NCBI GenBank assembly: GCA_040437565.1
Contig: JBDOQK010000047.1
Coordinates: 124,001-188,000, forward strand
Length of the DNA stretch: 64,000 nucleotides
Origin: Albugo candida
Lineage: Eukaryota
Direction: 5' to 3'
Shown here piece after piece: positions 12,466 to 24,300 of the stretch. Within the stretch, counting starts at the first letter, position 1. Every line of letters starts with the position of its first letter. A program made the position numbers and the translations under genes. The notes beneath the pieces are model-generated. The model did no database searches. It saw nothing but the letters and a program-made list of their open reading frames with translations, and was not told the DNA's origin.

Positions 12466-13697
12466 CTCGCTCTCCTTCAGTGAATGCATTTCGCGCATGC
12501 AGAACACGATGATTATCGACCAATATCATGCTTCCAACACTTAACCGTATCACTTTTTCAAAGAAAGTATCACGCAGTAAGCTCAGTAAAGTACGATGAT
12601 GACGATAAAATTCTCGCATTTGTGCCAGTGAAAGATGCGTTTGAGGCGCGCGGTCGTAATCATTGAATCGAAATGCTTCGATTTTTCCAGCAAAGTCGAC
12701 TTCGATAATTGGCTTCACAGCTTCTTGATGCCATGCTGAGTCCAAATAATGAAAACGAATGGGAACATTTGAAAGAAAATCGAAAGCTTGCGGATCGATG
12801 GCTTTCAGAACCGCTGCTACATGGAAAGCATCCACATAGATCGACTCGCCTCCTCTGCGTGCTTGTGCAACACAATTGAAAATCTGTAAGCCGGGTGGAT
12901 CTCGCATGTAGCTTCCATCAGTGTGATGTAACAGCGCTTTATTGGTGGATGCTGTGTCGTTATACTCTTGTTCTTTGGTTTCCGGTCGTGTAGTCCACAT
13001 TGTACCATATATCGTTTCCATCACCAAACCGATCTTACGTGCGAATTTTTCGGTTTCATCCATTGATGAAGGCGTATCTGTTATCATAACAAGACCGTAA
13101 CGATGTAAATCCATCATTGCTGGTTTCATATCGCTCATGGAAGACGAGAAGGAATGTCTTCGAATTTGAAATGTGTGGTCCCACAACGCTTTATCGTTTT
13201 GTTTGTCGGTTTTGGTAGCCGAGATCACATTGGATGCATGTTGACGCAACCAAGACGTCTCAAACTGGCTTTGCATGCACGGAGCACGGTCCTACGCAAC
13301 ACAAGACCTTTAAACATGAAAGTTGTGTGGACTACACATCACCAACCACTGAGTGTTGCCATTGTATTTGCAAGACTTTTGGATCGTCTTTCATTATTGA
13401 GCTAGCCACCATCGGAGAATCGTCACTGACGGATGCGGTGTCTATGAATCGCTGTTTCGTTACAGCATGAAGACACATTTCGCAGGTGCAATTCTCACGG
13501 AGCCACTTCTTTAGAAACAAAGCTCTGAACCCGTCGGTCCACTCGACCTCAATTGCATCGCTTTGTGCGAAATGTTTTACAGTTTTGAAGTTTATTGGCG
13601 GATGTTGTGCATGAGTAACCCAACGACAAGCCAATGCGAAACGAGTTGGCGCTCGTCTTGGAAGTGTGCGGCGGAATTTGCTTATAATGAAAGCCAT
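12398..13697 (-). CDS. TMLHE: Mitochondrial trimethyllysine dioxygenase-like enzyme (TauD/BBOX family, carnitine synthesis); one intron near 13292-13346
   Basis: WLRENCTCEMC Zn domain; DTASTNKALLHHTD (HxD); RFNDYDR; DNHRVLHAR; Arg-rich presequence. Confidence 0.8.
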
Positions 13698-13740
13698 CAC
13701 AGACTGTGTTCACAAATCGACGCGCCAAATGAAAATACTT

Positions 13741-15297
13741 TCATAATTTTGTAATATTTAAAATTATGGAGAACAGTATTGNNNNNNNNNNNNNNNNNNN
13801 NNNNNNNNNNNNNNNNNNNNNNNNNNNNNNNNNNNNNNNNNNNNNNNNNNNNNNNNNNNNNNNNNNNNNNNNNNNNNNNNNGTACCACATACGCCAAATG
13901 AAAAACACTGATCCAAGAAAGAAGACGGTAAAATGGGGACTTTTAACTCCGTGCAGCAATAAGTCATACAATGATAGTGTATGAGCGTATTTTGAGTGCT
14001 CGGAAGCGACAGAATCCATGTGATTCCCCCTAGTTTCTTTATCGTCCACCGCATCCAGTGTGTTGGCATCGTTATCGCAGTTATCGGCCGAAAGTGTTTG
14101 GATACCGAGAGTCAAGTAAAGATGAACAGTATTCGATGTATCGCTGTCTATCAAATCCACAACGACAGCTATACTGAAGCTCATTCCATTTGGCTGTTCT
14201 TCCTGTTGTCTCCAAACATCAAGAAGCGATATCACAGCTGAATCCACCTTATTCGGAACTAAAAGCCCGCCGCCCATCAAAGTAATCACTAATGTATCGT
14301 CATGCTGTGGAATGTCTACATCCAAATCCTTCCATCTCGGGTCTGAAACACCTTGGACAGTTGGAGTTTTATATGTGAATCCGCTAGGCAGAAAACGGAG
14401 TGTGACGTAGAATAGCAAACCTTTCTTTTTCTTGGAGATTGGAAGTTGACTCAGAGCAAGACTTTGTAGTGAAAGTGGGGGAAGCGAATACTGAGTGTCG
14501 TACGATCGACTTCGCGATTCAACTTCCGAAGTACTGTTTGCACGCGCACGAGAAAAGCGATGGCTGAGTGCATTCCATGTTGTGAGGTTGAATGAATGTG
14601 ACGCAGAACGAGTGAATGTGTCGCTTTCCAACAAGTTTTGAGGGATTTTACATGGTCGAGTGAAAGGGACGTACGCGTGTCGAATTTCCTGTATAAGATG
14701 TGATGATTTCCAATGTATGATCTCGGTATATATCGGAGTGTGGAATAGAAGCCCATGTTTGTATTGAAGTGATGTTTTGTTGTAAGCAATCTGATGCGCT
14801 TTCACACCTTTCAAACGTAATTGTTTGCACAATTTTTCGCGCTCTGGTGCTACGAGGTAAGCAAGTACAGCCGAATATCCATTGAGAACAGCACCGTTCA
14901 CAGTTGTGAGTTGTACATCACGATCCAGAAACTCAACAATTTTGGCTGCGTCATTTTCACGAAATGATTCGGCAAATGCAGTGTGGTCTTCGACGTGATA
15001 GTCAGAATCACTTGGAGTCGATGAGGTTCGTTGTATTGAATCCTGTGCTTTCATTGGTAACTTGCGCTTATGTTTCGTGATTGTGATTCCGAAAAACGAA
15101 TTCGGCTCTTTCTCATCACACGAGTTTGATTCAACTCGCTTTTCTTTTGTGATCTCAAAAAGCTCCTTTTCGCCGGTTTGTTGGGTCTGATTATGTGAAA
15201 TAACTCGGTCTTCTTGAAGAGAGTGTCTGGTGTCGCGAAAGGATACAGCTAGACTGCACTTTTTGTCCCGAAAACGTGGCTTTACAGATCCTACCAT
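13741..15297 (-). CDS. C2-domain protein with a possible NTF2/SnoaL-like N-terminal domain and a C-terminal TM; 3' end uncertain because of the gap
   Basis: FYVTLR...YKTPTVQGVSDPRW C2 motif; hydrophobic FTVFFLGSVFFIW. Confidence 0.65.
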   Translation of the reverse strand: MVGSVKPRFRDKKCSLAVSFRDTRHSLQEDRVISHNQTQQTGEKELFEITKEKRVESNSCDEKEPNSFFGITITKHKRKLPMKAQDSIQRTSSTPSDSDYHVEDHTAFAESFRENDAAKIVEFLDRDVQLTTVNGAVLNGYSAVLAYLVAPEREKLCKQLRLKGVKAHQIAYNKTSLQYKHGLLFHTPIYTEIIHWKSSHLIQEIRHAYVPFTRPCKIPQNLLESDTFTRSASHSFNLTTWNALSHRFSRARANSTSEVESRSRSYDTQYSLPPLSLQSLALSQLPISKKKKGLLFYVTLRFLPSGFTYKTPTVQGVSDPRWKDLDVDIPQHDDTLVITLMGGGLLVPNKVDSAVISLLDVWRQQEEQPNGMSFSIAVVVDLIDSDTSNTVHLYLTLGIQTLSADNCDNDANTLDAVDDKETRGNHMDSVASEHSKYAHTLSLYDLLLHGVKSPHFTVFFLGSVFFIWRMWYXXXXXXXXXXXXXXXXXXXXXXXXXXXXXXXXXXILFSIILNITKL

Positions 15298-15670
15298 TGG
15301 TGTCCACTCACAATGCTTTTTTTGGTGTCACGTGTATTTTAGTGGCACTAAAAACTGCGCTCCTATCCAGAGTCGCCGGGTGGGAGAAATTGACAATGTA
15401 GCCTAAACCTGTCACTGGGACCAACATTCTAATGTATTTAATATGGCAGTAATATACATCAAGTGGTACTAAAGTCGTGCTGATAGGTTTGTAGGGTTAC
15501 TATATGTTTCGAAGATATAAACGTATATGATTCGCTAACCGCTATTCCGTAATAAAGTTCAGTTTGTGTTTACTAAGTTTGTGCCGGAGCGTAATCGAAT
15601 GCGCTAGGACGTTAACATCAGCCAATAGAAATGGAGCTATTTAACATATTGTTGCTATCAGCCCTCTCGT

Positions 15671-17248
15671 ATGGCTCAAGAGGCTAAACATTTGCCTGCT
15701 GGCTGGCACATTGCAACTTCCAAGTCAAAAAAGTTAGACTATTACTACAACTCTGGATTACGAAAACAGTATTGGGTCGACAAGGATCTTCCACTCGGCT
15801 GGTCACATCAATTTGATGCAACGACAGGGCGCAAGTATTACTTCTTTATAGGGGACAAAGACAAAACTATCACATACGATCCACCAGTTGTTACTGAGAC
15901 ATCTCACAAACGAGAAAGAAGTGAAGAGTTCGCACTCCATCCATCGAAAAAGACCTCTACAAATGAATACACGTCTGCAACCACTTTCCCCTCACCCCCT
16001 CGTTTCGATAAACAGCATAGAAAAGATGGTGCTGATGAAGAGCATCATCAAAAGACCACCGCGGAAGGCTCCATTGCATCTTCAAGTACGGTGAAGAGCC
16101 GACCCGAAAGAAGGAATTCGTTGATGAACCTACTTTCTCCTGCTCCCAATCCACCCAATCCAGAACTTTCTTTCAAAGGAACTGTGAATGAGGATCACAC
16201 GCAAGCTGCACAGTTTTACAACCAGTTACAACGAAATGCCACTAGCGATCGTGCCGATAGTTTGTTGTTCCATCTGAGAGCAGAAAATAATTGGGTTAAA
16301 TCGATTTTAATACAAGAATATGCGAAACGGAATGACATCGTTCTGGATTTAGCTTGTGGTAAGGGGGGAGACCTGTTAAAATGGATACGACGAGGTGTGA
16401 AAAAGTACGTTGGCGTGGATATCGCAGCACAATCGTTACACGACGCAGTAGAACGTTACAGTGGTTACAAACAACGCAGCGTATCGACCGAAGTTGTTTT
16501 AGTTCAAGGGGATCTCGGAGTTACGTCACTGTTAACCGATAATGCTGAATGTTGGGATAGTAGCAAAGGTTGGCATAACGACGTACCGATCGCAAAAAGA
16601 GAGTTATTTGATGTTGCATCTATGCAATTCGCCTTACATTACATGTTCGGAACGGAACAACGTGCCTTCAAATGCTTTCAGACTCTTCGTGACATGTTGC
16701 ATGAAGGTGGGATATTCATTGCCACAACCGTGGACCCCAACAGTGTATTGCATCAGTATTATCAGAATTTGACGCATTCTACGAAAGATAATCATTCAGA
16801 CAACGTCATCTTGATCCAGGATGAGAAGAACCGAGCGTTTTGCACGATACGCCTGGATGAATCTACCAAAGCGATATTACTAGGCCAAGGCGAATCGGAT
16901 GCGAGCAAGTTGCAAGAAAGTCGAGGACCTCTTGGTGGCTCGTTCGGGCTACGCTACCATTTCACATTACGTGATGAGGAAGACAAGGACGATCAAAAAG
17001 GAGGAAAGGAAGCAGTTGACGCGCCTGAATATTTGATTCCCGATGATTTATTGGAACACGTTGCCAAAAGTCATGGTTTTGAGATAATTTTAAAGCAAAA
17101 CTTTCACAATTTTATCAACATGAACATTGCCAAAAATCGTTCGTTACTCGAGCGCATGCACGTGCTCAATGTCGAAGGAACGCTTTCAGATGCTGAATGG
17201 ACAATAGCTGGATTGTATCAAGTTCTTGTTCTTAAAAAAGTATTTTAA
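15671..17248 (+). CDS. RNMT: mRNA cap guanine-N7 methyltransferase with two N-terminal WW domains
   Basis: LRAENNWVKSILI, VLDLACGKGGDLLKW, FDVASMQFALHY, VDAPEYLI, LYQV; LPAGW..YYYN..W and LPLGW..YYF..YDPP. Confidence 0.93.
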   Translation: MAQEAKHLPAGWHIATSKSKKLDYYYNSGLRKQYWVDKDLPLGWSHQFDATTGRKYYFFIGDKDKTITYDPPVVTETSHKRERSEEFALHPSKKTSTNEYTSATTFPSPPRFDKQHRKDGADEEHHQKTTAEGSIASSSTVKSRPERRNSLMNLLSPAPNPPNPELSFKGTVNEDHTQAAQFYNQLQRNATSDRADSLLFHLRAENNWVKSILIQEYAKRNDIVLDLACGKGGDLLKWIRRGVKKYVGVDIAAQSLHDAVERYSGYKQRSVSTEVVLVQGDLGVTSLLTDNAECWDSSKGWHNDVPIAKRELFDVASMQFALHYMFGTEQRAFKCFQTLRDMLHEGGIFIATTVDPNSVLHQYYQNLTHSTKDNHSDNVILIQDEKNRAFCTIRLDESTKAILLGQGESDASKLQESRGPLGGSFGLRYHFTLRDEEDKDDQKGGKEAVDAPEYLIPDDLLEHVAKSHGFEIILKQNFHNFINMNIAKNRSLLERMHVLNVEGTLSDAEWTIAGLYQVLVLKKVF

Positions 17249-17406
17249 ACGCAACGAAATCGGCTTGAACGGATAGGAACACCAAGATCGTTTGAATATT
17301 GCAATCGAACATAGTAATACGTTCGGTTGTCGTCAGTCAAGTAGTTTCAGAATTCCACCGAACGTAAAGAAAACGTATTTAAGTGACTCTTCTCACGACA
17401 TATAAA

Positions 17407-17994
17407 ATGTTCCATCGCATGCTCTTGTCATCACGCTCTTTGCGGTCCATTCCCACCTGCAAATCCACTCGCAGCTTCCAATCAAGTAAACAATCATCTT
17501 TCATCCCATCCAATCACCCCACTCTCCATACATAGGCGCCGCATCCAAATACGTCGAAAACAAAGAAGCCACTGGACTGGCCGGAATCGTCCAAGGTCCG
17601 TGTTATTTACAACGCTATTCTGCGACATAACTGATACAAAACGTTCACAGCTGATAATGCCGTGGGATTCACCAAGCTATATCATTTCACCAGCATCGGG
17701 CTCCTTGCTTTGATGCCTTGCGCCTTTGCGTTGAGTCCATCCGCCCTTTCAATGCCGATAGATTGGGCAATGGGTGTTTTGATCCCTATGCATACTCACA
17801 TTGGAATGAACAATGTCATATCGGATTACATTCCAAAGCCGCAACAGCCAATAATGCGTTTGGCCTGGCTTGCAGCCACAGGAATCATGTGCTTTGGACT
17901 TGTCCGGCTCAATGCGGAAGGACCAGGAATCACAGAAACGATCAAGACGTTCTGGAGACAGCCGAAGAAAACGCACTTAGAAAAAGTGGCGTAA
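17407..17994 (+). CDS. SDH4: Succinate dehydrogenase cytochrome b small subunit; introns 17486-17535 and 17596-17650
   Basis: PIDWAMGVLIPMHTHIGMNNVISDYIPK and GPGITETIKTFW; presequence-like exon 1; splices keep the frame. Confidence 0.88.
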
Positions 17995-18042
17995 CCGAAT
18001 GGTTACTAGGAAAATGTATTTGAGTTATCTTCCTACTTTTTT

Positions 18043-19623
18043 CTAAAGCTCATCGTGATCGACTCCGAAATTTTCGCCTTCCAATTGGAACTTTTTAGCG
18101 TGCTCTTTCAAGTATTCGGCCATGCTGTCCGTGTCACGACCGCCTTCGTATAGCACAGGGTTCGCCTTGTCGTTGGCAGGGAAGAAGAAGATGGTTGGGA
18201 ATCCAGAGACCTCAGCTTTCTCGTAATCGATTTCGTTTGCGGTCGCGTCGATTTTAGCAATCATGATGCTGTCAACATCGGCGAAAATATCAGCAAGAGC
18301 TTCATACTTGGGAGCAAGCTCTTTGCAGTGTCCACACCACGGCGCATAGAATTCGAGGAGGACATCCTTGTCGGATTCAACAACACGTTCCATGAACTGC
18401 TTGGCAACAATCACCTTCACGTTTAGTTCACTATCGTCGACAGGATCGGCTGATTTTAACCACGGCTTTGCTTCGCCTTTCAAAAACGACTGTACGAATT
18501 TGATGAAGTCTGATGACAAAGTGCTACTGATCTTCTCGATCATTTCATCTCCGCCATAATCGAAACGGTACTTCTTCAGACCGGATGACATTTCAACCAC
18601 AATAGCACTGGGTAAGTCATCTTTAGTAAACCCAAAGTATTCCATAATGCGGTTTTCGCTCATGGGAACCATAATGTGCAACACTTCTCCTCGGAATTTG
18701 ATTGCGCTTTCTTCGAGTACTTTCTTCAAATTCTGGTGGTAATCAGCTTCAGGATCCACAAAAACCATCAAATGCTGCGTAATTCCACCACTGAAAATTG
18801 AGGCCGCCGATTCAGATGTGAAGGTAACGACCAGAGGAAGTTTGTACTTGCCGACGAAAGATTGAATTTCTTCGGATGTGAATTCTCCATCAAAGGTGAC
18901 ATACGGTTCATCGAATTTGCGTAAAATTACGATAGATTTTGGCGCAGTTGCGTGCTCTGAGATGTCCGTCGCAATTGAGGCCACATAGACCGCGTCATCA
19001 CTCGAAACAGCGAGTTTTTCCAGAATCTCCCGTTGAGCTCCGTTCTCTTCGTCGATGACTGCAAATACAACAACGTCGTTAGCTTGTTGTACTTCTTCCA
19101 GTTCTTCCTTGGAGCTGATTATCTTAACGGCAGGCCCCATTCGTTTCTTTATCCATTTTACGATTTCATCGGTTTGACGTCCTCCATCGTAATCTACAGG
19201 TTCTTGATCCTTTTTGAAAAATTTGAGAGTTGGAAATCCGGTCACTTTCAATCGTTCTGCAATATTCTTGTGAACTGTGGCATCCAATTTTGCCAAATAG
19301 ACTTCTTGTTCCTCTTCCTCTTCGGCCAGGAGTTTGGCAGCCTCAGCATACGCTGGTGCCATACGAATGCAGTGGCCACAATTCTAGGACTAGAATTAGC
19401 ATGTATGAGATAGAACTAGGATATGAGTGCGTACCGGTGAGTACACTTTGACAAGCAAGGCGTCTACTTCGTTAATAACTTGGTCGAAATTTTCATCGGT
19501 AAGTATCATAACGTTATCATCGTAATCAACCTCTTCGAGAATGAGGGAGCTGTCTGCAGTCACGGAAGATAAAGAGACTGCCGCGAAAGCAGTCAATAAT
19601 TTGACAGATTTTGAGATAAACAT
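18043..19623 (-). CDS. PDI: Protein disulfide isomerase (a-b-b'-a'); intron 19384-19434
   Basis: Signal peptide; YSP-NCGHC and FYAPWCGHC; two GFPT cis-Pro loops; C-terminal HDEL. Confidence 0.95.
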
Positions 19624-19823
19624 CGTTTTGTCCCGATATTTGCGTTGGGAGAAGGAAACGAAACGAAAAGTGATTCAAAAACGATGAGAGCAGCTGTAAA
19701 AATCGCAATGTGTTTTTTGGCGAGTTTTTGTGGAAATATTATGTATTAGTATTAAATATGGAAAATGGTGCGAAAGGTCGGCTGCATATAAACCGCCCCT
19801 TTGAGCTTGTATTCGTTTATGTA

Positions 19824-19969
19824 TCGGACACGTGGATCTTGGAAACGCGTATGGACCCACGATTCGGACACGTGGAAACAGGTAAAGTCACACTAATTTA
19901 CACAGTAGTATGCCAGAAAGGCAATGGTGCCACCTATACTATCTGTTAGGAATACTTTATTCCACGTCA
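19824..19969 (-). promoter_or_regulatory. bZIP-type elements in the PDI/PWI divergent promoter: TCGGACACGTGGA twice and TGACGTGG (UPRE consensus)
   Basis: 13-bp direct repeat at 19824-19836 and 19864-19876; CCACGTCA at 19962-19969. Confidence 0.5.
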
Positions 19970-19990
19970 CGTAACTGAAATGTGGGCCAC

Positions 19991-21161
19991 ATGGAATTTA
20001 TCATTTATGCGAACGCTTTACGCAATCGAGTCAATGCGTTTCTTGATCAAACAAATCTAAAGCTACCTCCCGCAAAATCAAACAAGGTGCGAACTTACGG
20101 TGGAGGGATTTAGTTACCATCTCATCTTGATCTTAGTTTTTTTACGAACATCATTCCCCAATAGAAAATGCTTCTTCGAATTCCGTGCACTTCGACGCCA
20201 AATATAAGGCTCCAAAGAGTGAAGATGTGCTGAAAATTATTCATGCTATTCAAAATCAGCTTATAGAGAAGCCTATTTCTTCCTTGGAAGCTTTTAAGAG
20301 GATTGTTTCAAATTGGACAGCTATTCCACCCGATTTTGTTGGCGCTTGTTGGAATGCAGAAATGACCTCGCGAGATGGTCTAGTGCAGTGGATTTTCGAG
20401 AGATTGAAACTGTTCTCATTGGATTCAGAAACGGAAGAATTGGTGGACTGGATTATTGGATTATTAAGTCATCCAGATTTCAGTCGTCCTGACGCGCTTG
20501 CTGCGGAATTAGAAGAATTTCTTCTGACACATACTGCAGTACGCATTGGCCTTCACTCACTAGCTTCAATGTCAAAAACCTCAACCTTGCCTCTAGGATT
20601 TCATTTTATCTCTCTGGAAATATATTATCACGGAGGTTGCAAAGCAGTATGTTTTTCATGTACGTTTAATCATTCTATAAAGACATCTGTGAAGCGTGCT
20701 CTTTTGCATAGCCCAAGACCAGTACGAAGGCAAAAGTAAGGATAGTCAACAATCTCGATCAGAGGGCTCGTCAGAAGGAACAAAGTAGCGAGAAGCAGGC
20801 ACGAAGAATTCATCGAGGCAAATCAGGCAGGTTGGAACCAGTTGCGGGATTCCGTGATATCATTGCGTCTCAAATGTCAGCAATTCATCATTCTGGGGGA
20901 TGGCATGTTGCTCAGGCACCACAACCTGTTCCTGATGATCGTGATGAAGAGACTGACCGGTCAATGACAGCTCACTGGCGCCAGCTCGGATCCCTTTTAG
21001 ATGCTCGTGATTATTCCATGCGTCAACAAGAAGAGAAAAAAGCTCATCCTAGCAGGCGGCGATCATGTTCAAGGCACACAAGACGTTCAAGGCACAAGCA
21101 AAGATCGCGGCGGTCACGGTCACGGTCACGGTCACGGCGCCCTGGTAGATACAAACGATAA
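19991..21161 (+). CDS. PWI-domain protein with an RS-rich C-terminus (RNA processing); multi-exon
   Basis: LVQWIFERLK...LVDWIIGLL...ELEEFLLTHTA|DFILSLWKYI; RSRSRSRSRR tail; intron 20087-20136 keeps the frame. Confidence 0.75.
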
Positions 21162-21337
21162 TCATTCGTTCGATGGCTTATGATATTAATGTAAATAAAT
21201 GATTTTCACCTAAATAATCAACACGACAACACCTAATAACAGACACTCAGATAGCTGTTCATGTCTGTTTTCTGATAAGTGGTCGTATCCGCAAGTTCAA
21301 CTCGCAAGTTCAACTCAGAATGATGATACCGCGCGAT

Positions 21338-24300
21338 TCATGTCGATTCAAAGTGCGGTTCAACGGCTTCAGAGCTGGAGAACGAGTCGAATGATTTGGC
21401 TAATATCTCTTCTCGCTTCTCTGCTACTCGTTTCTGTCGAATGCGCTTCATTATTTCCTCCACGTCACCTTCTTTAAGTGAGACCAGATGTTGTTCTTCG
21501 TCGTCCTTCAAATGCGCCACAACGTCAGCCTCATCAATCCTCGCTTGTTTGCGACGATGAAGCTCCTCCATACGCTTTCGTGTCGCCTCCTCCCTTCGTA
21601 CTCGTCGTTCTTCGGCAATTCGTTTCCGTTCGTTATCGCGATCAGCACTTTGCAATAATTTCGCAAATGAAGTAATCACAGAAAAGAAGGAATTCGGACC
21701 ACAATCCGAACTTGTTGGATCTTCGCCAAAGAATCGAACTGTTTCTTCAAACATTTGCTTCATTTCGTCGAGACTTTGTCGTAACTCCTGCGAAATCCTG
21801 TCGGCATGTTCGGCAAATGGACCAATGATAGCTTGGAAACCATCATTTTCAGATATATCTGGTAATTTTGCATGCTGTTGTAGCTCAGAGACAATCAATT
21901 TGGCAGCTTTATGGATAACAGCATCACCTGCGTTCAGCATTTGCATGGTCAATCGGCTGGCTGCCTCCACAGACTTTAATTTCTCATCAAAATGGATGAT
22001 ACTTGGATCCTTAAGTCGAAGGATACTTGCAGTGTAGTTCAAGAGCGTGATGGAGTTATCACTTGCTTTCACTTGGCCTAATTTGAGGAGAGTGTCCAAA
22101 CGAAATGCTTTGGCACCACCACGAGCCGTCCCATCATTCAGCCGATTTCCAAGGGAGAGTATGATTTCAAAAATCTGGCCCAGATCGGCGCATGCTTTGA
22201 CTTCCTGACAAGCGGTACATACCGTTTCCATCAACTTCCTTTGATCTTCAGTGTACGAGTCGAATTGCCAGGTGGCGTGGATGGCTTGAAGTCGTGTTTT
22301 CAACCTTGGAACGTTTTGCATCTCGAAAAAGTATTGTTCTGCATCACCCAACAGCTTTGGATCGCCTTTGTAAGCTTTGATAGCGGTCAATTCGGTCTCA
22401 TTCGGGGCAAATTGCAATAAAGCCGCCACTCGTTCCGCGTAGAGTACCTCTTTATCAACTTGGAGAACTGCCTCACGAATACGATCGTACGGAAGCCGAA
22501 AACGTGCCAGCATGATTCCAATATTATTGGCTCTTTTGACATCAATTAGTGCAATCCGGGTGGGTGCTCTACGGCGACTGGTGGTTTTCCGAACCGCCTT
22601 CTTTGGTGGTGGTTCATTCACGAAAAGAGTTGTCAGTTTATCAATGTAATGAGCAATATTTTCGCTTTGAGACGACTTGTCTGACGGAGAAGGAGTCTTT
22701 TTCATATCACCATTTTTGGACGATATTGGTTGCAGTTTGTCCCAAATTGTGCCAGCGGTACATTCATTCGACAAAGTCTCCCAATAGAGGTTACGAAGCT
22801 TTGGTTTCGTTTTTATCGGAGTTTTTGTGGGTGATGGTGACTTTTTACGCAATGCGGGCGCCTTGGTGGTAACTATCTCATCAGGCAAGTCGAGATATTT
22901 GGCATCCAAACCTTCCGCAGCCATTCGAAGTTCCAATTGTTGACGAGGCATGCCCATTTTCTGCAGCTTGAAGTATTTGGCATATTCTGGATGGTCCCGT
23001 GCTCGATGCGCTGTCGTATCCGGCACAATCGCTCCGATAATGTTCCCATCGGCATCTACTGGCGCTTCAGGACTTGTCAAGATCTCCGCATCGAAACCTT
23101 CAGCCGACATCTTCAATTTGACTTGTTCCATTGGCATGCCCATACGAAGAAGCTTGAAGAATTTCGCATATTTTACGTGGCCTTTCACAGTCAGGTTGCT
23201 GGATGGGGGTACNNNNNNNNNNNNNNNNNNNNNNNNNNNNNNNNNNNNNNNNNNNNNNNNNNNNNNNNNNNNNNNNNNNNNNNNNNNNNNNNNNNNNNNN
23301 NNNNNNNNNNNNATATTCTGGATGGTCCCGTGCTCGATGCGCTGTCGTATCCGGCACAATCGCTCCGATAATGTTCCCATCGGCATCTACTGGCGCTTCA
23401 GGACTTGTCAAGATCTCCGCATCGAAACCTTCAGCCGACATCTTCAATTTGACTTGTTCCATTGGCATGCCCATACGAAGAAGCTTGAAGAATTTCGCAT
23501 ATTTTACGTGGCCTTTCACAGTCAGGTTGCTGGATGGGGGTACAGAGGAAGAAGTATCACGATTATGTTTGATCTCGTCTACCGGATTCCCAGTCTCATC
23601 CAATCGTGTCTCGGGAGAGTCCAAAAAGTCTCCGTTGACGCCATCAGCAAACGCTTTCATTTTGATCTGCTCTTTGGGCATACCAAGTTTCAGCAATTTG
23701 AAATATTTGGCGTACTTTTCATGCTCACAAACTTGGATTCCTTTCTTGTTGCCGTCAACACGATTCCCTTTTACATCCACACACGCATTTGGACACGTCA
23801 GAATGTTGGGGTCCAAGTCGTTACGCTTCATCTCTGCCACAATCTCGTCCATTGGTGTTCCATTTTGTAACATGTCAAAGTACTTTGCGTAATGTTCATG
23901 GTGTTTAGCTAGACGGAAAGCATTCTTACTGGAATCACTCGAGACATCAGGCTGTTCGATATCTGGGCTGTTCAGAAAAGCTGGATTCAAACCTTTCGCT
24001 TCGGCAGTTGCACGAGCTTGGTCCAAAGGCATTCCTGTCTTCAGCAATTTGGCATATTTGGCAATTTCAGGAACCTCCTTCATGAACGCGTTATCGCTTC
24101 CAGCTTTATCTATAACGACAATCTTTCCGTCCGAATCCACCATTGCATCAGGCGTTTGCAATATTGTGGAATCGACACCTTCCGCTTCAGCTTTCTGAGC
24201 TACGTGTTCTTGTGGCATACCCAACGCTAGCAACTTGAGATATTTAGCATACTTTGGATGATCTTTGGCTTTCACGTGATTGCCACAGGCAATACTTTCC

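Noticed and set aside
21290-21315. 13-bp tandem duplication CGCAAGTTCAACT twice
   Set aside because: Only two units and no spacers; not CRISPR-like and most likely slippage
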